From a virus (lineage: Duplodnaviria > Heunggongvirae > Uroviricota > Caudoviricetes): a stretch of 51,596 nucleotides of DNA. The notes under the pieces are model-generated. The model was not told the DNA's origin, did not search any database, and saw only the letters and a program-made list of their open reading frames with translations. The position numbers were made by a program, and so were the translations under genes. Location: the IMG/VR virus record IMGVR_UViG_2718218098_000003. One strand, given 5' to 3'. Each line of letters opens with the position of its first letter. The stretch's first letter is position 1. Below are positions 1 through 10,471 of the stretch, piece by piece.

Positions 1-342
1 ATGATGAAAAAAAGTATTCTGACGTTTCTGTTACTCACCAGTTCTGCAGCGGCGCTGGCTGCACCGCAGGTGATTACCGTCAGTCGTTTTGAAGTGGGTA
101 AAGACAAATGGGCGTTTAATCGCGAAGAGGTGATGCTGACTTGCAGACCGGGTAATGCTTTGTATGTCATTAACCCAAGTACCCTCGTGCAGTATCCTTT
201 AAACGATATCGCACAAAAGGAAGTTGCCAGTGGGAAGACTAAAGCCCAACCCATTTCGGTGATTCAGATTGATGATCCTAACAATCCCGGCGAAAAAATG
301 AGTCTGGCACCGTTTATAGAACGAGCTGAAAAACTCTGTTAA
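1..342 (+). CDS. yebY: Host periplasmic DUF2511-family protein (YebY-like)
   Basis: 113-aa ORF with N-terminal signal peptide ([22 protein letters not shown]); lies outside the att repeat; name recalled from the K-12 pphA-sdsR-yebY neighbourhood. Confidence 0.6.
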   Translation: MMKKSILTFLLLTSSAAALAAPQVITVSRFEVGKDKWAFNREEVMLTCRPGNALYVINPSTLVQYPLNDIAQKEVASGKTKAQPISVIQIDDPNNPGEKMSLAPFIERAEKLC

Positions 343-373
343 TTACCTAAAATAGCCTTTTGATTTCCAATAA

Positions 374-414
374 AAAAACCGCCTCAGTTCTTTCACCAGA
401 ACGGGCGGTTTTTA
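374..414. terminator. Bidirectional intrinsic terminator (hairpin accgcc...gggcggt flanked by A-run and T-run)
   Basis: aaaaaaaccgcctcagttctttcaccagaacgggcggttttt; T-tract on both strands; closes yebY (plus) and a minus-strand antisense sRNA. Confidence 0.6.
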
Positions 415-603
415 ACATTTCAGCTGATGACCACCACGCTTTTTATTGACCATTTTGCACGCAAACTGGAAAACCTGGCGTCGTCATCTATTCTTAAAGG
501 GCAAGGCAACTAAGCCTGCATTAATGCCAACTTTTAGCGCACGGCTCTCTCCCAAGAGCCATTTCCCTGGACCGAATACAGGAATCGTATTCGGTCTTTT
601 TTT
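375..603 (-). ncRNA. ryeA: RyeA (SraC) antisense sRNA, 3' portion; 5' end probably displaced by the prophage
   Basis: Minus-strand terminator at 374-414 and full complementarity to sdsR; extent inferred from recalled K-12 locus, not seen directly. Confidence 0.3.
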
Positions 604-604
604 A
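501..604 (+). ncRNA. sdsR: Small RNA SdsR (RyeB)
   Basis: Sequence gcaaggcaactaagcctgcattaatgccaacttttagcgcacggctctctcccaagagcc...accgaatacaggaatcgtattcggtcttttttt matches recalled SdsR; ends in an intrinsic terminator that coincides with the att core. Confidence 0.7.
578..603. repeat. attL core (direct repeat with 50504-50530)
   Basis: acaggaatcgtattcggtcttttttt versus acaggaatcgtgttcggtctcttttta at right end; adjacent to int. Confidence 0.6.
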
Positions 605-734
605 ATTGTATTTAAAATCAATTAGTTGCAAACGTCTCCCCGAAATTACTCGAAATTTACTCGAATTTCTGTATTCCGGTCTTTTTTGATTATATCACAA
701 CCAAAACACATTTAACAATCCATTTACGTTAAAA

Positions 735-1811
735 TCAGAGCAGTAAGTACGTTTTTTCTCTCTCATCAAGATACATTTTTGTTGTCTTCTCCGATGTGTG
801 GCCAAGTAGACGTTGAGCAAATTCTTCCCCACATGTTTCTTTGTACAATCGTCCAGCCAGGCTTCTGATCTCGTGAAAAGTTGGTGGGTTTTCACTGAAC
901 TGGATACCTGTTAATTTTCTGGCTGCGACAAATTTCTTTGTCAGGCCGTCCGGGTGAATGCTGCCGTCAGGGCTGTTTTTTCTAATCCCGGCACTGATTA
1001 GATAATCCCCCCTACTTACCATGCGGCACTGTTCAACTACTGTACCAAGTCGTAAACCAGCGACAGGAAGGCTGAGTGACAGGGGGATAGCAATCATCAT
1101 TCCTGTCTTAATTTGCCTGATGTGGAGACGATCATCATAAATCTCACTGAACCGCATATTTGTTATGTCTTCGCGACGTTGTCCTGTTACAAGGGCTAAG
1201 TCCATAGCTAATGGGAACCATGTCGGAAGTTGATCTGCTGCCTCCCTGATGCAGTTGTATGTCTTTAGTTTCAGCCGTTCTCTTGTAACTACTATTTTCG
1301 GTGCTCTTGTTGGCGTTACTGGATTTTGAGATATACGTCCTTCAACAATGGCCTCGCGGAACATATCAGATAACACAGAACGCATTGATCCTGCCATCGT
1401 GTTTTTCCCTCCTTCAATCCACAAATCAAGAAACTCGGCAATATGGCGAGTGGTTATTTCTGTCAGTAAAACTCCTCCTAATTTTTCTTTTATTGTCTCC
1501 AGTTGATTTACCCGAATTTTATAAGTATTTCTGGACACTTTTCTCCTTATAAGAATCGTTTTGTAACGTTCAATCCAGTCTGCCATAGTAAATGAGTCGA
1601 ACCCTTTTAGTTTTTCAATTAAGGCAGCAGGAGAGTAGTTTTTGTATATATAATGATTTGCTTCAATTGCCTGCGCTACTGCATCTCTTCTTGAAATTTT
1701 ACCTAGTGTAAATTCTTCTTTCGTCAGAGGGTTGCGCCAGTAATATGCTTTGTCCCTCCTTCGATATGTTAAGTTTTTAGGCAAATTGGGATCGTATTTT
1801 TTCCGCTGCAT
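735..1811 (-). CDS. int: Tyrosine site-specific integrase (lambda Int family)
   Basis: 358 aa; C-terminal catalytic region with R...HxxR...Y (LLGHTSEKTTKMYL); adjacent to att core and overlapping xis. Confidence 0.9.
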   Translation of the reverse strand: MQRKKYDPNLPKNLTYRRRDKAYYWRNPLTKEEFTLGKISRRDAVAQAIEANHYIYKNYSPAALIEKLKGFDSFTMADWIERYKTILIRRKVSRNTYKIRVNQLETIKEKLGGVLLTEITTRHIAEFLDLWIEGGKNTMAGSMRSVLSDMFREAIVEGRISQNPVTPTRAPKIVVTRERLKLKTYNCIREAADQLPTWFPLAMDLALVTGQRREDITNMRFSEIYDDRLHIRQIKTGMMIAIPLSLSLPVAGLRLGTVVEQCRMVSRGDYLISAGIRKNSPDGSIHPDGLTKKFVAARKLTGIQFSENPPTFHEIRSLAGRLYKETCGEEFAQRLLGHTSEKTTKMYLDEREKTYLLL

Positions 1812-2064
1812 GTTTTAACTTCTCCAGTAACGGACTGTCTCTCCCTTGTCGCCCATTAGGCTGATGGTGTGTTATATCGGTATCAACCTTATTTGGGTTG
1901 ATATAGAAAGCTTCCGGAACCACCCTGTAACTCCTCCCGTGTAGTTCAGGTGCAGGATAAATGTTTCCATTCCTTGCCCATCGTCTCAGCGTTGATATTG
2001 ATGGTGGGTTATCCGGATATCTGAGTTTTCCCCACGTTTTGAGTGTCACAAGATTCATTGCCAT
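1777..2064 (-). CDS. xis: Excisionase (Xis-like); start may be the second ATG at 2058
   Basis: Small basic protein LVTLKTWGKLRYPDNPPSISTLRRWARNGNIYPAPELHGRSYRV, overlaps int start as in lambda. Confidence 0.7.
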   Translation of the reverse strand: MAMNLVTLKTWGKLRYPDNPPSISTLRRWARNGNIYPAPELHGRSYRVVPEAFYINPNKVDTDITHHQPNGRQGRDSPLLEKLKHAAEKIRSQFA

Positions 2065-2164
2065 ACCTCTTACGATATGACCGCCAGTAAATATACAGAA
2101 TACTGGCGGGTGTGGTTGATTTTTAATAATCAGCTATGAAGTTCTAATTTGTATATAATGCAAC

Positions 2165-2425
2165 TCACGAGGACAGAAGTTTCTCGCAATTAAAATTTAT
2201 CAGCTTTACTTTCTGCTCTCTGGACACGCCTGCTTCTTTTTTCCCTGAGAGCATTTTTTCGCATTCTGATTTCGTTAATTTAGATTTTGAATATCTTGTC
2301 CAGTTAGTAGGAGTGCCACCTTCTTTTTCAATAGTGGCAGTTATTTTATACATGAACACCTCCATTATTATTTCCAGTAGTTCGTTTATTCCATCTTTCG
2401 AGTGCTTCTTTTTCACTTCCACCAT
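2165..2425 (-). CDS. Hypothetical protein (early-left operon)
   Basis: 86-aa ORF between xis and lar-like gene; no recognisable motif; start uncertain. Confidence 0.4.
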   Translation of the reverse strand: MVEVKKKHSKDGINELLEIIMEVFMYKITATIEKEGGTPTNWTRYSKSKLTKSECEKMLSGKKEAGVSREQKVKLINFNCEKLLSS

Positions 2426-2552
2426 AGCCAGTTCGGGATTCGCATCCGTTGCATTTTGCCCGGTAATATCCTGAAATTGCTTTCACCGTAACAGATGGAC
2501 AACCACAAAACGGACATGGTTTAACATCGTCATATCTCATAATTTTTGTCAT
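2346..2552 (-). CDS. Lar-family restriction alleviation protein
   Basis: MTKIMRYDDVKPCPFCGCPSVTV...CNGCESR...ERWNKR; Cys-pair zinc-ribbon pattern typical of Lar; start taken at internal ATG 2552. Confidence 0.6.
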   Translation of the reverse strand: MTKIMRYDDVKPCPFCGCPSVTVKAISGYYRAKCNGCESRTGYGGSEKEALERWNKRTTGNNNGGVHV

Positions 2553-2596
2553 AAAAACTGTCTCACGTTGGCGGTGCATTACACCGCCAGGCTGAA

Positions 2597-3406
2597 TTAT
2601 TCTTCTGAATTATCGATTACACTGTATTCCCCGGTTAATACAGAGGAGTCTGCCGGATCGATTGTCAGTGGTTCCTTTTCATCCATTGATACTGCACGCT
2701 GGATTTCAATTGAGACAGGCAGGTATTTAAACAGGCGACGAATAGCCGTTTTTTTTGCCATTTCTTCCCAGTGAGTTACCCATGGCCCGTTATTACCAGC
2801 CTTACTCTGGCTGCGCACCAGTTCAATCTGTTTGCGCGTCATAACTTCAAACTGAGTCCCTCCGTCTTTCAGTCTTGCGACAGCATAGACGTGGGTCACT
2901 GGTGCATCTTCGTTTTCTCCCGGGCGGTGTATTAACTTTTCATCAAGGCCAAATTCAAAACTAAACTCGTCACCTTCACGGACAACACGGGCTGACAGGC
3001 TGGCGATTTGACCAGAACGGCGAGCCAGATCAATCATGCCGCGATAACCAATGATTAGCTGAACGTTCTTTTTACCGCTCTTTTCGTTTTTATTACCAAA
3101 AGGCAGTAAATATGCGTGGCCGAGGGCGCTACCTGGCTCAAGGCCGAGCTGTGAACACTGAACGATCGCACTGACAAAACTCATGGTGTCACAGTTTCCT
3201 AGCGCCGGAACCTTACGAATTTCTGTGGTGGCGATACGTATCATTCGTTCAGCCGTCATATGGCGTGGGAGAGCTGCTGCCAGTTGCTCTTTCATTGATG
3301 GCTGATTAATAAAGCTGATCACGTCGTTATTTTTTACTGCTGCTGGTGCACGGTTTCCCTGGGTTTTTTGCAGATCGGCTTTTGCGATAGGTGGTTGCTT
3401 AGTCAT
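2597..3406 (-). CDS. recT: Recombinase RecT (single-strand annealing protein)
   Basis: 269-aa product from [28 protein letters not shown]... matches recalled Rac RecT; SD aaggag upstream; overlaps recE end. Confidence 0.92.
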   Translation of the reverse strand: MTKQPPIAKADLQKTQGNRAPAAVKNNDVISFINQPSMKEQLAAALPRHMTAERMIRIATTEIRKVPALGNCDTMSFVSAIVQCSQLGLEPGSALGHAYLLPFGNKNEKSGKKNVQLIIGYRGMIDLARRSGQIASLSARVVREGDEFSFEFGLDEKLIHRPGENEDAPVTHVYAVARLKDGGTQFEVMTRKQIELVRSQSKAGNNGPWVTHWEEMAKKTAIRRLFKYLPVSIEIQRAVSMDEKEPLTIDPADSSVLTGEYSVIDNSEE

Positions 3407-6032
3407 TTGCATACTCCTTAGCCCAGCGGGGCAGTGATAACGTTTTAATAGCTGGCCATTCATCGGTATTCAGGCAGTCAGCCAGGGTCCTCAGATTGCG
3501 GTGATATTCCTGCTGGCCTGCCAGTTTTGCTTCTTCGCCCATCATGAAAATCTCAACCGGGTAACGTCCGCATTCAACAGTTGTGCTGGCAACCAGAAAA
3601 ACGAAAGTTGGCAGCACGCCAAACTGTGCTTCATAACCGTCACTGTAGAATGCATCCTGAACGTGATAGCGGTAGTCGTAATAAGCCGTTTTGAATCGTT
3701 GAATATCCGCTGTGGTTTTCACGTCCATGATCCAGTGAAATTCAGGAATAATTTTGTCCGGACGGCACCGACACAAAATTCCTGTTTCCGGATCTTCCCA
3801 GTAAATTGATGATTCAGCGTGTCCGGCGCTTTCAACAAGCCATTGCCCCAGCGGCAAAGCCATAACGCTTTGATACATGAGTTCAATTTTCCGGCCTTCT
3901 TCCGCAGTGATAACCGTTTTTCCTGTGCTTGCGCATTCCATCAGAAACGCTTTCTCTTCTTCTTTTCCGGCGTTTGTACGGCGGTTAAATTCAGGTGCTA
4001 CGATAAAGCGGTTACTGAATTCTTCCGGTTCAAGTACCCGGCAGTGGAAAGCGGTTCCTAAATCGAGCGTTTTTGTCTTTGTGGTGTCCACGGGGGCATT
4101 TTTACGCCACAAATACAGTGCCGGAGTATCAGCAATGTCATCGAGCTGAGACTTACTGACACCGGGACCCGCGTGGTAATTCTCATTCGAAATTCCGTAA
4201 TAAATACCTGGCTCTATGTCTTCTACGATTACGGGATCTGCGACTTCGCCAGTTTCATCACTGCAATCGCGATGCGGATCGCTGCCAGCATTCTCATTGT
4301 GCGGATGTTCAGCGCCTTCCATTTCCTCCGGATCTTTTTCCTTAGCTTCAACCTGATTCTCTTCACCGAATGTTTCCTGGTATGTTGCGTCGCCCATCAC
4401 CGCACCACAGTCAGGGCAGTTATCCCCGCCAGTCTGACCGCAGGCATTGCAGACTATTTCCGGTTCCTGTTGCACTACTGGCTCAGGTTGTTTCGCATCC
4501 GGGCTGATTTTTTCCGTTTCTGGCTGGTTCTGGTACACAGAATCGCGAGTCTGGATCCCCTTAACCCATTTCGGATCGTTCGGGTCGCTAATCCCTTCAA
4601 CAAATTCTCCGCGAGAGGCAGCCAGTAATTTGTCTGCATCGACAGGATTTTTGGGCGGAATGTTTTTCCGGGCTTCATGGAGTTCTGCCCGCAGTTTCTG
4701 ATATTTCGCATCAACAGAATTTACCTGTGACTGAGCATCCAGCGACTGCGTGTCCTGATGATGTTCAGTTGCATCCGGTTCCACTGTTTCAGCCGTTGCC
4801 TGTTCATCTGCCATTGCGCAAGATGGTTGCAGTTTTTCTTCATCATCCTGTTTTTCTTCTTCTGTTACACGCTGCGGCATCGGGGCAGAGGAACGACCGC
4901 AGGCAATATCCACGATTTCTGGATCAGGGTTGGCATGATCAGTTTCAGTCAGTACTTTGTTCAGATATTCAGTGACGTGTGCGGGGATAACCTCGATCCC
5001 AATTGGTGCTTCTTTTACGGACGCAACCACGATGGCGCGGGAATAATCCAGCCCACCAGGCATGGTGATGAATTTGTCGCGGAAAACAGAAAAGGGTGGT
5101 TTATTTTCAGCGATAATTTCCTCGACACGTTTAGCGTGTGCCGGATGAAGGTTATAAATGTCCACGTCCATTGAACGAGCCAGTACGCCAGTGGCTACGT
5201 CGCGCGCCAGTGACGTCAGATCGTGAACGAAACCTTCGCCGCGATCGGTGAGGTTCCCGCCGCCAGCATTAGCGCCGGAAGCCGTGCGCGTGATGCGTGA
5301 AACACGATTTCCTTTCATCCACTCTTTTGTCAGCAGACCGCGATCGGTGTAGTCTGCGTCCAGGTATGCTTCGAAAAAAGCAGTCATCAGCCCCAGGCTT
5401 GAATTGCCTGGATTAGGGAAAACTCTGTCAGTATCACGCACCAGTTTGTGGAGATCGCGAATTTCCAGCGGGTCGAGCAGGCTGGTTTTGTGGGAAACAG
5501 CCAGGGCAGTAACAGCTGGTAGTTCTTCAGCTCGTGCAATGTGTAATGCCTGTAGTTCGTCGCGTGAAACGTGCGTTACCGGTTTTTCGCTGCCGTGTTG
5601 AGCAAGCCAGCGAATGGGCAGCTCCTGACCGGAAATCGGGAGTAGCATATTCTCCTCAATCTCCGTCATGTCTTCGCCATTAACATTGGTATTGTCAGTG
5701 CTGGCTGGTTTGTCCTGCGCAGAGGATGAGGGCGCGATAAATACCATTGTGATGCCATCTTCCCCGCCTTTTTCGTAACGGTTGCAGAATTCCGTATCAA
5801 ATACGCCTTCTGGTGGAAGGTCATCAACAACGGGCAAATTGACGCGAACAGGTTTTTTAAAGTCATCTTCATCGTAGCCAGCATCGTCAATCGCAACAGC
5901 ACCACGGGAGATGGCAATGGATAATTTTTTCGCTTCAGCCCAGTAGAAACCGCCTTTAATACCGAGACGTTTTCTTACTTTGTCATTTTTTGCTTCGTAA
6001 TACAGTGGGTAAACTTGTTTATCGGTGCTCAT
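3399..6032 (-). CDS. recE: Exodeoxyribonuclease VIII (RecE)
   Basis: 877-aa [39 protein letters not shown]... matches recalled RecE; immediately upstream of recT. Confidence 0.9.
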   Translation of the reverse strand: MSTDKQVYPLYYEAKNDKVRKRLGIKGGFYWAEAKKLSIAISRGAVAIDDAGYDEDDFKKPVRVNLPVVDDLPPEGVFDTEFCNRYEKGGEDGITMVFIAPSSSAQDKPASTDNTNVNGEDMTEIEENMLLPISGQELPIRWLAQHGSEKPVTHVSRDELQALHIARAEELPAVTALAVSHKTSLLDPLEIRDLHKLVRDTDRVFPNPGNSSLGLMTAFFEAYLDADYTDRGLLTKEWMKGNRVSRITRTASGANAGGGNLTDRGEGFVHDLTSLARDVATGVLARSMDVDIYNLHPAHAKRVEEIIAENKPPFSVFRDKFITMPGGLDYSRAIVVASVKEAPIGIEVIPAHVTEYLNKVLTETDHANPDPEIVDIACGRSSAPMPQRVTEEEKQDDEEKLQPSCAMADEQATAETVEPDATEHHQDTQSLDAQSQVNSVDAKYQKLRAELHEARKNIPPKNPVDADKLLAASRGEFVEGISDPNDPKWVKGIQTRDSVYQNQPETEKISPDAKQPEPVVQQEPEIVCNACGQTGGDNCPDCGAVMGDATYQETFGEENQVEAKEKDPEEMEGAEHPHNENAGSDPHRDCSDETGEVADPVIVEDIEPGIYYGISNENYHAGPGVSKSQLDDIADTPALYLWRKNAPVDTTKTKTLDLGTAFHCRVLEPEEFSNRFIVAPEFNRRTNAGKEEEKAFLMECASTGKTVITAEEGRKIELMYQSVMALPLGQWLVESAGHAESSIYWEDPETGILCRCRPDKIIPEFHWIMDVKTTADIQRFKTAYYDYRYHVQDAFYSDGYEAQFGVLPTFVFLVASTTVECGRYPVEIFMMGEEAKLAGQQEYHRNLRTLADCLNTDEWPAIKTLSLPRWAKEYAND

Positions 6033-6130
6033 TGTTTTTTAACCTCAACTCAGATTAAAATTAATGCGAGTGATGAATAAATGTCCCAGGTTCTTCACTC
6101 AGGCCTGCACAGTGTGCAGGCTTTCTTTTT

Positions 6131-6406
6131 TCAGATTTCACCTTTTAATTTCATTGCAATCAGAGTTGCCAGAAATTCGGCTTTTTTTTCTGCGGGCAGA
6201 TTCTTTCCTATGTGCACCAGACACATTTTTTTAACACCATCGTTAAGTGTTTTAACGTTGCCTGATGGACCGTCGATATCAACCACAGTGAATGGGGTTT
6301 CTTTATTTTCTGTCTTAATCACGTAGCCAATACGCTTTCCTTCCAGGGTAACTTCGTGAACAATGTCATCAGTAGTAACAACAGTGGCTTCATAACTGGT
6401 AATCAT
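6131..6406 (-). CDS. racC: RacC protein
   Basis: MITSYEATVVTTDDIVHEVTLEGKRIGYVIKTENKETPF... 91 aa; SD aaggag; start at internal ATG of the 107-aa track ORF. Confidence 0.8.
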   Translation of the reverse strand: MITSYEATVVTTDDIVHEVTLEGKRIGYVIKTENKETPFTVVDIDGPSGNVKTLNDGVKKMCLVHIGKNLPAEKKAEFLATLIAMKLKGEI

Positions 6407-6480
6407 GTTTTTCTCCTTAATTAAGGTTGAGCGAATCCCTGCCATTGCTGGCATAAATTCAGTTTCGGATAGTCAGTTAA

Positions 6481-6651
6481 TTAAAGTTCGTGTGCCATCT
6501 GGTCTTTTTCGGCACAGATTTCACTACAATATTTTTTCATTTCCGTCGTTGGTATAACTCCACGCATGAAATGAAGTGGTCTTGTAATGATTTTGCTTTC
6601 TTCAATTTCTTTATTGCAAAGGTGATAAGCACATTTTATTTTCTTAGTCAT
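6481..6651 (-). CDS. Small Cys-rich protein (YdaE-like)
   Basis: 56-aa [59 protein letters not shown], below the 60-aa track cut-off; hand-translated; 1-nt overlap with kilR stop. Confidence 0.55.
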   Translation of the reverse strand: MTKKIKCAYHLCNKEIEESKIITRPLHFMRGVIPTTEMKKYCSEICAEKDQMAHEL

Positions 6652-6872
6652 TACCATGACTCCGCCTTTACAGGTAAACCATCACGACCGAGGAAGACTC
6701 TAATCATGCAGTCAGAAATGCATGTTTTTGTAGCCAGGCTACGAATATAAAGTTTTCGCTTTTTAATATTGTTTGCCGAGGCGATATATGTCCGACCTTT
6801 ATGAAGAACATAATCGCCAGGAGTCACGCACTGACGTGGTATTTCATCAGTTCCGAAGTGATGAGCAATCAT
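6651..6872 (-). CDS. kilR: Killing protein KilR (FtsZ inhibitor of Rac-type phages)
   Basis: [49 protein letters not shown]...; SD ggaga upstream of ATG 6872. Confidence 0.7.
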   Translation of the reverse strand: MIAHHFGTDEIPRQCVTPGDYVLHKGRTYIASANNIKKRKLYIRSLATKTCISDCMIRVFLGRDGLPVKAESW

Positions 6873-7401
6873 AATTATCTCCATTTTTACAAATGAATTT
6901 TGTCGATGCGGTGCCTGGTGCCTCCAGGTGACGTTAACCAGTTAACAATTAACGCCGGAATACAGGGACCCGCCTGCAAGTACCTACCCATAAGTATTGA
7001 TACGGAGAACAAATGGCCTTTTAACTGTTCCGCGTGCGCTTAGCCGCATTCACCGCATCACAAAATTCACTTTAAAAAGGGCGGACATCAGCCAGCAATG
7101 AAACTGATGCCGCCAAAAGGTAATCAACATGGGTTGTTGCAGCGGGGTTGTCACTTAAGCGTATGGTCAGCCTGACAACCCGGTGTTATCTCGAGGAAAG
7201 GATAGCCTCGCCATACTTACCGCCGCGCCATTTCGCGGATTGCCACAACCGGAAGCGCACGGTCGAAGAAATTTAACGACAAGCCTTCTAAGGGAAAAAC
7301 ACCTCCTCCGTGCGCTTTCGTGTTGTGCGCCTGTCTTTTTTTACCACTTCAGGCTCGGTGGTATACTGGAGTTCTCACACAACCAGTAATAAGGTATTCC
7401 G

Positions 7402-7596
7402 ATGGATAATAAAGACAAAGCCTGGCTACTTGCTTTAGCTTTCAGCATCAGATCGCAGCGAGAAACAACTCATCAAGAATTTTTCTCGGAAATCGAGAAT
7501 GCTGAGAATGAGTTTTTGTCACTACTCAATGAACGTGATGCTAAAAAAAGCGCCGATTCACTTAAGGCTTGGGCGAAACTAGGCTCTTCAAAATAA
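7402..7596 (+). CDS. Hypothetical protein (position of a superinfection-exclusion gene; possibly truncated)
   Basis: 64-aa ORF MDNKDKAWLLALAFSIRSQRETTHQEF...; no motif recognised. Confidence 0.3.
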   Translation: MDNKDKAWLLALAFSIRSQRETTHQEFFSEIENAENEFLSLLNERDAKKSADSLKAWAKLGSSK

Positions 7597-7780
7597 TTGC
7601 TTCTGTAGCGGCATGAACAACTGTTTTTGCCGCCTCTTCAACTTCCTTGTCTGGACGACCAGCCTTTACTTTTTCTGCAATGACCTCCAGCACAGTTGGA
7701 AGAACCTTGCTAATAAGCATGGCTGCCACATCTTTGCTGCACAATTGACCGTTAATAACAACCAGATCTTCACCAACCAT
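7562..7780 (-). CDS. Hypothetical small protein
   Basis: 72 aa from MVGEDLVVINGQLCSKDVAAMLISKVL...; SD aagggg upstream of ATG 7780. Confidence 0.45.
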   Translation of the reverse strand: MVGEDLVVINGQLCSKDVAAMLISKVLPTVLEVIAEKVKAGRPDKEVEEAAKTVVHAATEAIILKSLVSPKP

Positions 7781-8014
7781 CTTTTTTCCCCTTAACGCCG
7801 GGTGGCGGAACGTTTTATCTACTGCGCTTTGTATCAATCAACAACTGCCGTCATGTTCGTATGCCTCAGGCTGGCTACTTAGCCCTGTTCAGTGGCTGGA
7901 TAACTCGAGGTATTGTCCTGCCGTTCTCTGGTGGGGCGTTGTTTGGATATGCTTATTAAACACAATGCGTTTTCTTATGTCAACACGAAATGTGTTTTGT
8001 GGTGGATGTCATAT

Positions 8015-8041
8015 GATGATGGTACAAAAAAGCCCGCTGAT
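8015..8041 (-). terminator. Intrinsic terminator downstream of repressor gene
   Basis: Plus strand aaaaaagcccgctgatagcgggct; on minus strand hairpin followed by T-run. Confidence 0.6.
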
Positions 8042-8079
8042 AGCGGGCTGATTGGCATATTACTGTGATGGCAAGATCA

Positions 8080-8499
8080 TTACTCCGGTGGGGGATTATC
8101 TTTAAGCCTGCCTCTCAAATATTTTTCTACATACTCATCGATTTCTTTTAGCCGGACTTCAAATAGCTCAATCATTCGTTGTTGTTCTGAGCCCGGTAGC
8201 TGGTTAAACAACTCAAGAAGTTTTCGTTGGGATTCATTTAACCACAATTCAGAAGATTCCTGTTCTCCAAATAGGAGCTCAGGAGGAGATATGCCAAGTG
8301 CCTTTCCCAATACGACAGCGTCATGCACTCCAACATTTCTGCTGCCCGCCTCATAGTTACCTATACGCGATTGCGTCCATCCGCAGATTTCAGCAAGTTT
8401 TCCTTGAGATAAACCAAGCTTCTGCCTGCGCTCTTTAAGACGCATTGCAATTTTGTCATTGAGCCTACTAGCGGCAATTTTTTCGTTTTCTTTTTCCAT
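8080..8499 (-). CDS. Prophage repressor, HTH XRE family (RacR-like)
   Basis: 139 aa with HTH LGLSQGKLAEICGWTQSRIGNYEAG; divergent to cro-like gene across an 8500-8595 operator region. Confidence 0.75.
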   Translation of the reverse strand: MEKENEKIAASRLNDKIAMRLKERRQKLGLSQGKLAEICGWTQSRIGNYEAGSRNVGVHDAVVLGKALGISPPELLFGEQESSELWLNESQRKLLELFNQLPGSEQQRMIELFEVRLKEIDEYVEKYLRGRLKDNPPPE

Positions 8500-8595
8500 T
8501 GCATCCTTGTATCACGAATCGTGATTTACATAAAACACAAAACAGCTTGACCATATAACACAAGTTGTGTTTAAAATTGTCATCGGAGGTTTTCA

Positions 8596-8838
8596 ATGAA
8601 CAAAATTTCAACATATCGAAAACAGCTTGGGCTGTCTCAAAGACAACTTGCTGTTCAGTTAGGGTGGATACAAAGCCGACTGGCAAATTACGAAGCAAAT
8701 TTTCGTACCCCTGGACTAGAGGAGTGCAGAAAAATTGTTTCTACCCTTAATCGGCTTGGCGCTCATTGTGGACTTGACGATGTATTCCCCCCAGACGGTA
8801 AGCATAGCGAAAACAGCATAGGAGCGGTTGATTCATGA
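8596..8838 (+). CDS. Cro-like HTH regulator (YdaS-like)
   Basis: 80 aa, HTH LGLSQRQLAVQLGWIQSRLANYEAN; SD ggagg; divergent from repressor. Confidence 0.7.
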   Translation: MNKISTYRKQLGLSQRQLAVQLGWIQSRLANYEANFRTPGLEECRKIVSTLNRLGAHCGLDDVFPPDGKHSENSIGAVDS

Positions 8839-9257
8839 AAATCAGGCATGAGCACATCGAATCAGTGTTGTTAGCCCTGGCAGCCGAAAAAGGGCAGGCG
8901 TGGGTCGCTAACGCAATTACTGAAGAATATCTGCGCCAGGGGGGCGGCGAATTGCCCCTTGTACCAGGCAAGGACTGGAACAATCAGCAGAATATCTATC
9001 ACCGTTGGTTGAAAGGTGAAACGAAAGCGCAAAGGGAAAAAATTCAGAAACTGATCCCTGCGGTTCTGGCAATTCTTCCGCGCGAGCTGCGTCACCGACT
9101 CTGCATCTTCGATACCCTGGAACGCCGTGCATTACTGGCGGCGCAGGAAGCGTTGAGTACGGCAATTGATGCGCATGATGATGCAGTCCAGGCCGTTTAC
9201 CGGAAAGCACATTTCAGCGGTGGCGGGTCGCCCGGCGATTCTGTCGTAGTGCATTGA
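8835..9257 (+). CDS. YdaT-family protein
   Basis: 140-aa ORF translationally coupled to the cro-like gene; family name from recalled Rac gene order, not sequence-verified. Confidence 0.55.
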   Translation: MKIRHEHIESVLLALAAEKGQAWVANAITEEYLRQGGGELPLVPGKDWNNQQNIYHRWLKGETKAQREKIQKLIPAVLAILPRELRHRLCIFDTLERRALLAAQEALSTAIDAHDDAVQAVYRKAHFSGGGSPGDSVVVH

Positions 9258-9334
9258 TTGAAATTAATCGTGCCGGATTGTTTTGTTCGGTATCAGTTAA
9301 ATGTAACGCTGCGAGCGTTACAAGGTGAAAACAA

Positions 9335-10465
9335 ATGGCTTCAAACTGGATAAAGCTCGAGGTTATTACGCCGGATAAGCCGGAAATATTCAGGCTTGCT
9401 GAGATTCTGAATATTGATCCAGATGCCGCATTAGGGAAGGTTATTCGCTTCTGGGCATGGGCGGATCAACAAATGATAGACGGTAATGCAGATTGTAACG
9501 CTCGCGGCGTTACAAAAAGTGCAATAGATCGCATTACTTTTATGGCTGGTTTTGCTGATGCGTTAATTCAGGTTGGATGGCTGGTCGAAAATGACGGTGG
9601 GCTTTCTCTACCTAACTTTGAACGTCATAACGGGAAAAGCTCTAAAAAACGGGCGGTTACAAACGAGCGAGTTACAAAAATACGCGAACTGAAACGAAAA
9701 GGTAACGCTGCCAGCGTTACACAAAGGGATCAAAAAGCGTTACCAGAGGAAGAGGAAGAGGAAGATATAAATACTGATCTAACCCATCCCAAACCCTTCC
9801 CTTCCGGAAGGGAGTTCCGGGATTTTGTGGCGGGAGTGCTTGAGGGGAGATTATCTGGCGGTACTGCAGCGGAATTTTGTAATTCTGCGGTGGTTGCGTT
9901 GCAGGCTGCTGGCCTGGATGTCTGTCGTGAGTATCCGGTGCCAGAGCGTGGTGACGGTTGCGGAGGGCGGATTGATATCGTCGTGACTGACAGGAACGGT
10001 GTCCGGTGTGGGATCGAGCTTGACCGAAATTCTCCGCGACAGAAATCACTGCTCAAAATCGGTGCTGTTGAAACCGGGATATGTGTCTTGCGGCGCAGTG
10101 ATATCGCAAGGCACACCGAGCAGGGAATTCTGGTTATCGGTGGGGCTGTTCGCCAGAAAAAATTTGACCCGTTGTCAGTTGATCTGCCCGACTGGTTGCC
10201 AGAAACACTCTGGCATGAGTGGGTCCAGTTCAGGCAGGCATTGCGAAAACCGATTCGAACGGAGCAGGGCGCTAACGGGGCGATACGGGAGCTGGAAAAA
10301 TTCCGCCAGCAGGGTTTTACACCTGAGCAGGTGATTCGACACAGTATCGCCAATGAATACCAGGGCCTGTTCGCGCCGAAAGGTGTTCGGCCTGAGACGT
10401 TGCTCCGACAGGTTAACACCGTCTCGTTGCCGGACAGTGCGATCCCGCCAGGCTTCAGGGGGTAA
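9335..10465 (+). CDS. Phage replication initiator / replisome organiser with an extra central domain
   Basis: N-terminus WIKLEVITPDKPEIFRLAEILNIDPDAALGKVIRFWAWADQQ resembles replisome-organiser N-domain; followed by DnaC-like loader; central ~100 aa RIDIVVTD...GIELD looks nuclease-like. Confidence 0.6.
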   Translation: MASNWIKLEVITPDKPEIFRLAEILNIDPDAALGKVIRFWAWADQQMIDGNADCNARGVTKSAIDRITFMAGFADALIQVGWLVENDGGLSLPNFERHNGKSSKKRAVTNERVTKIRELKRKGNAASVTQRDQKALPEEEEEEDINTDLTHPKPFPSGREFRDFVAGVLEGRLSGGTAAEFCNSAVVALQAAGLDVCREYPVPERGDGCGGRIDIVVTDRNGVRCGIELDRNSPRQKSLLKIGAVETGICVLRRSDIARHTEQGILVIGGAVRQKKFDPLSVDLPDWLPETLWHEWVQFRQALRKPIRTEQGANGAIRELEKFRQQGFTPEQVIRHSIANEYQGLFAPKGVRPETLLRQVNTVSLPDSAIPPGFRG

Positions 10466-10471
10466 CAGACC

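Noticed and set aside
3501-5174. Several plus-strand ORFs (up to 151 aa) inside recE
   Set aside because: Antisense to a long gene with strong RecE identity; low-complexity translations; no SD sequences
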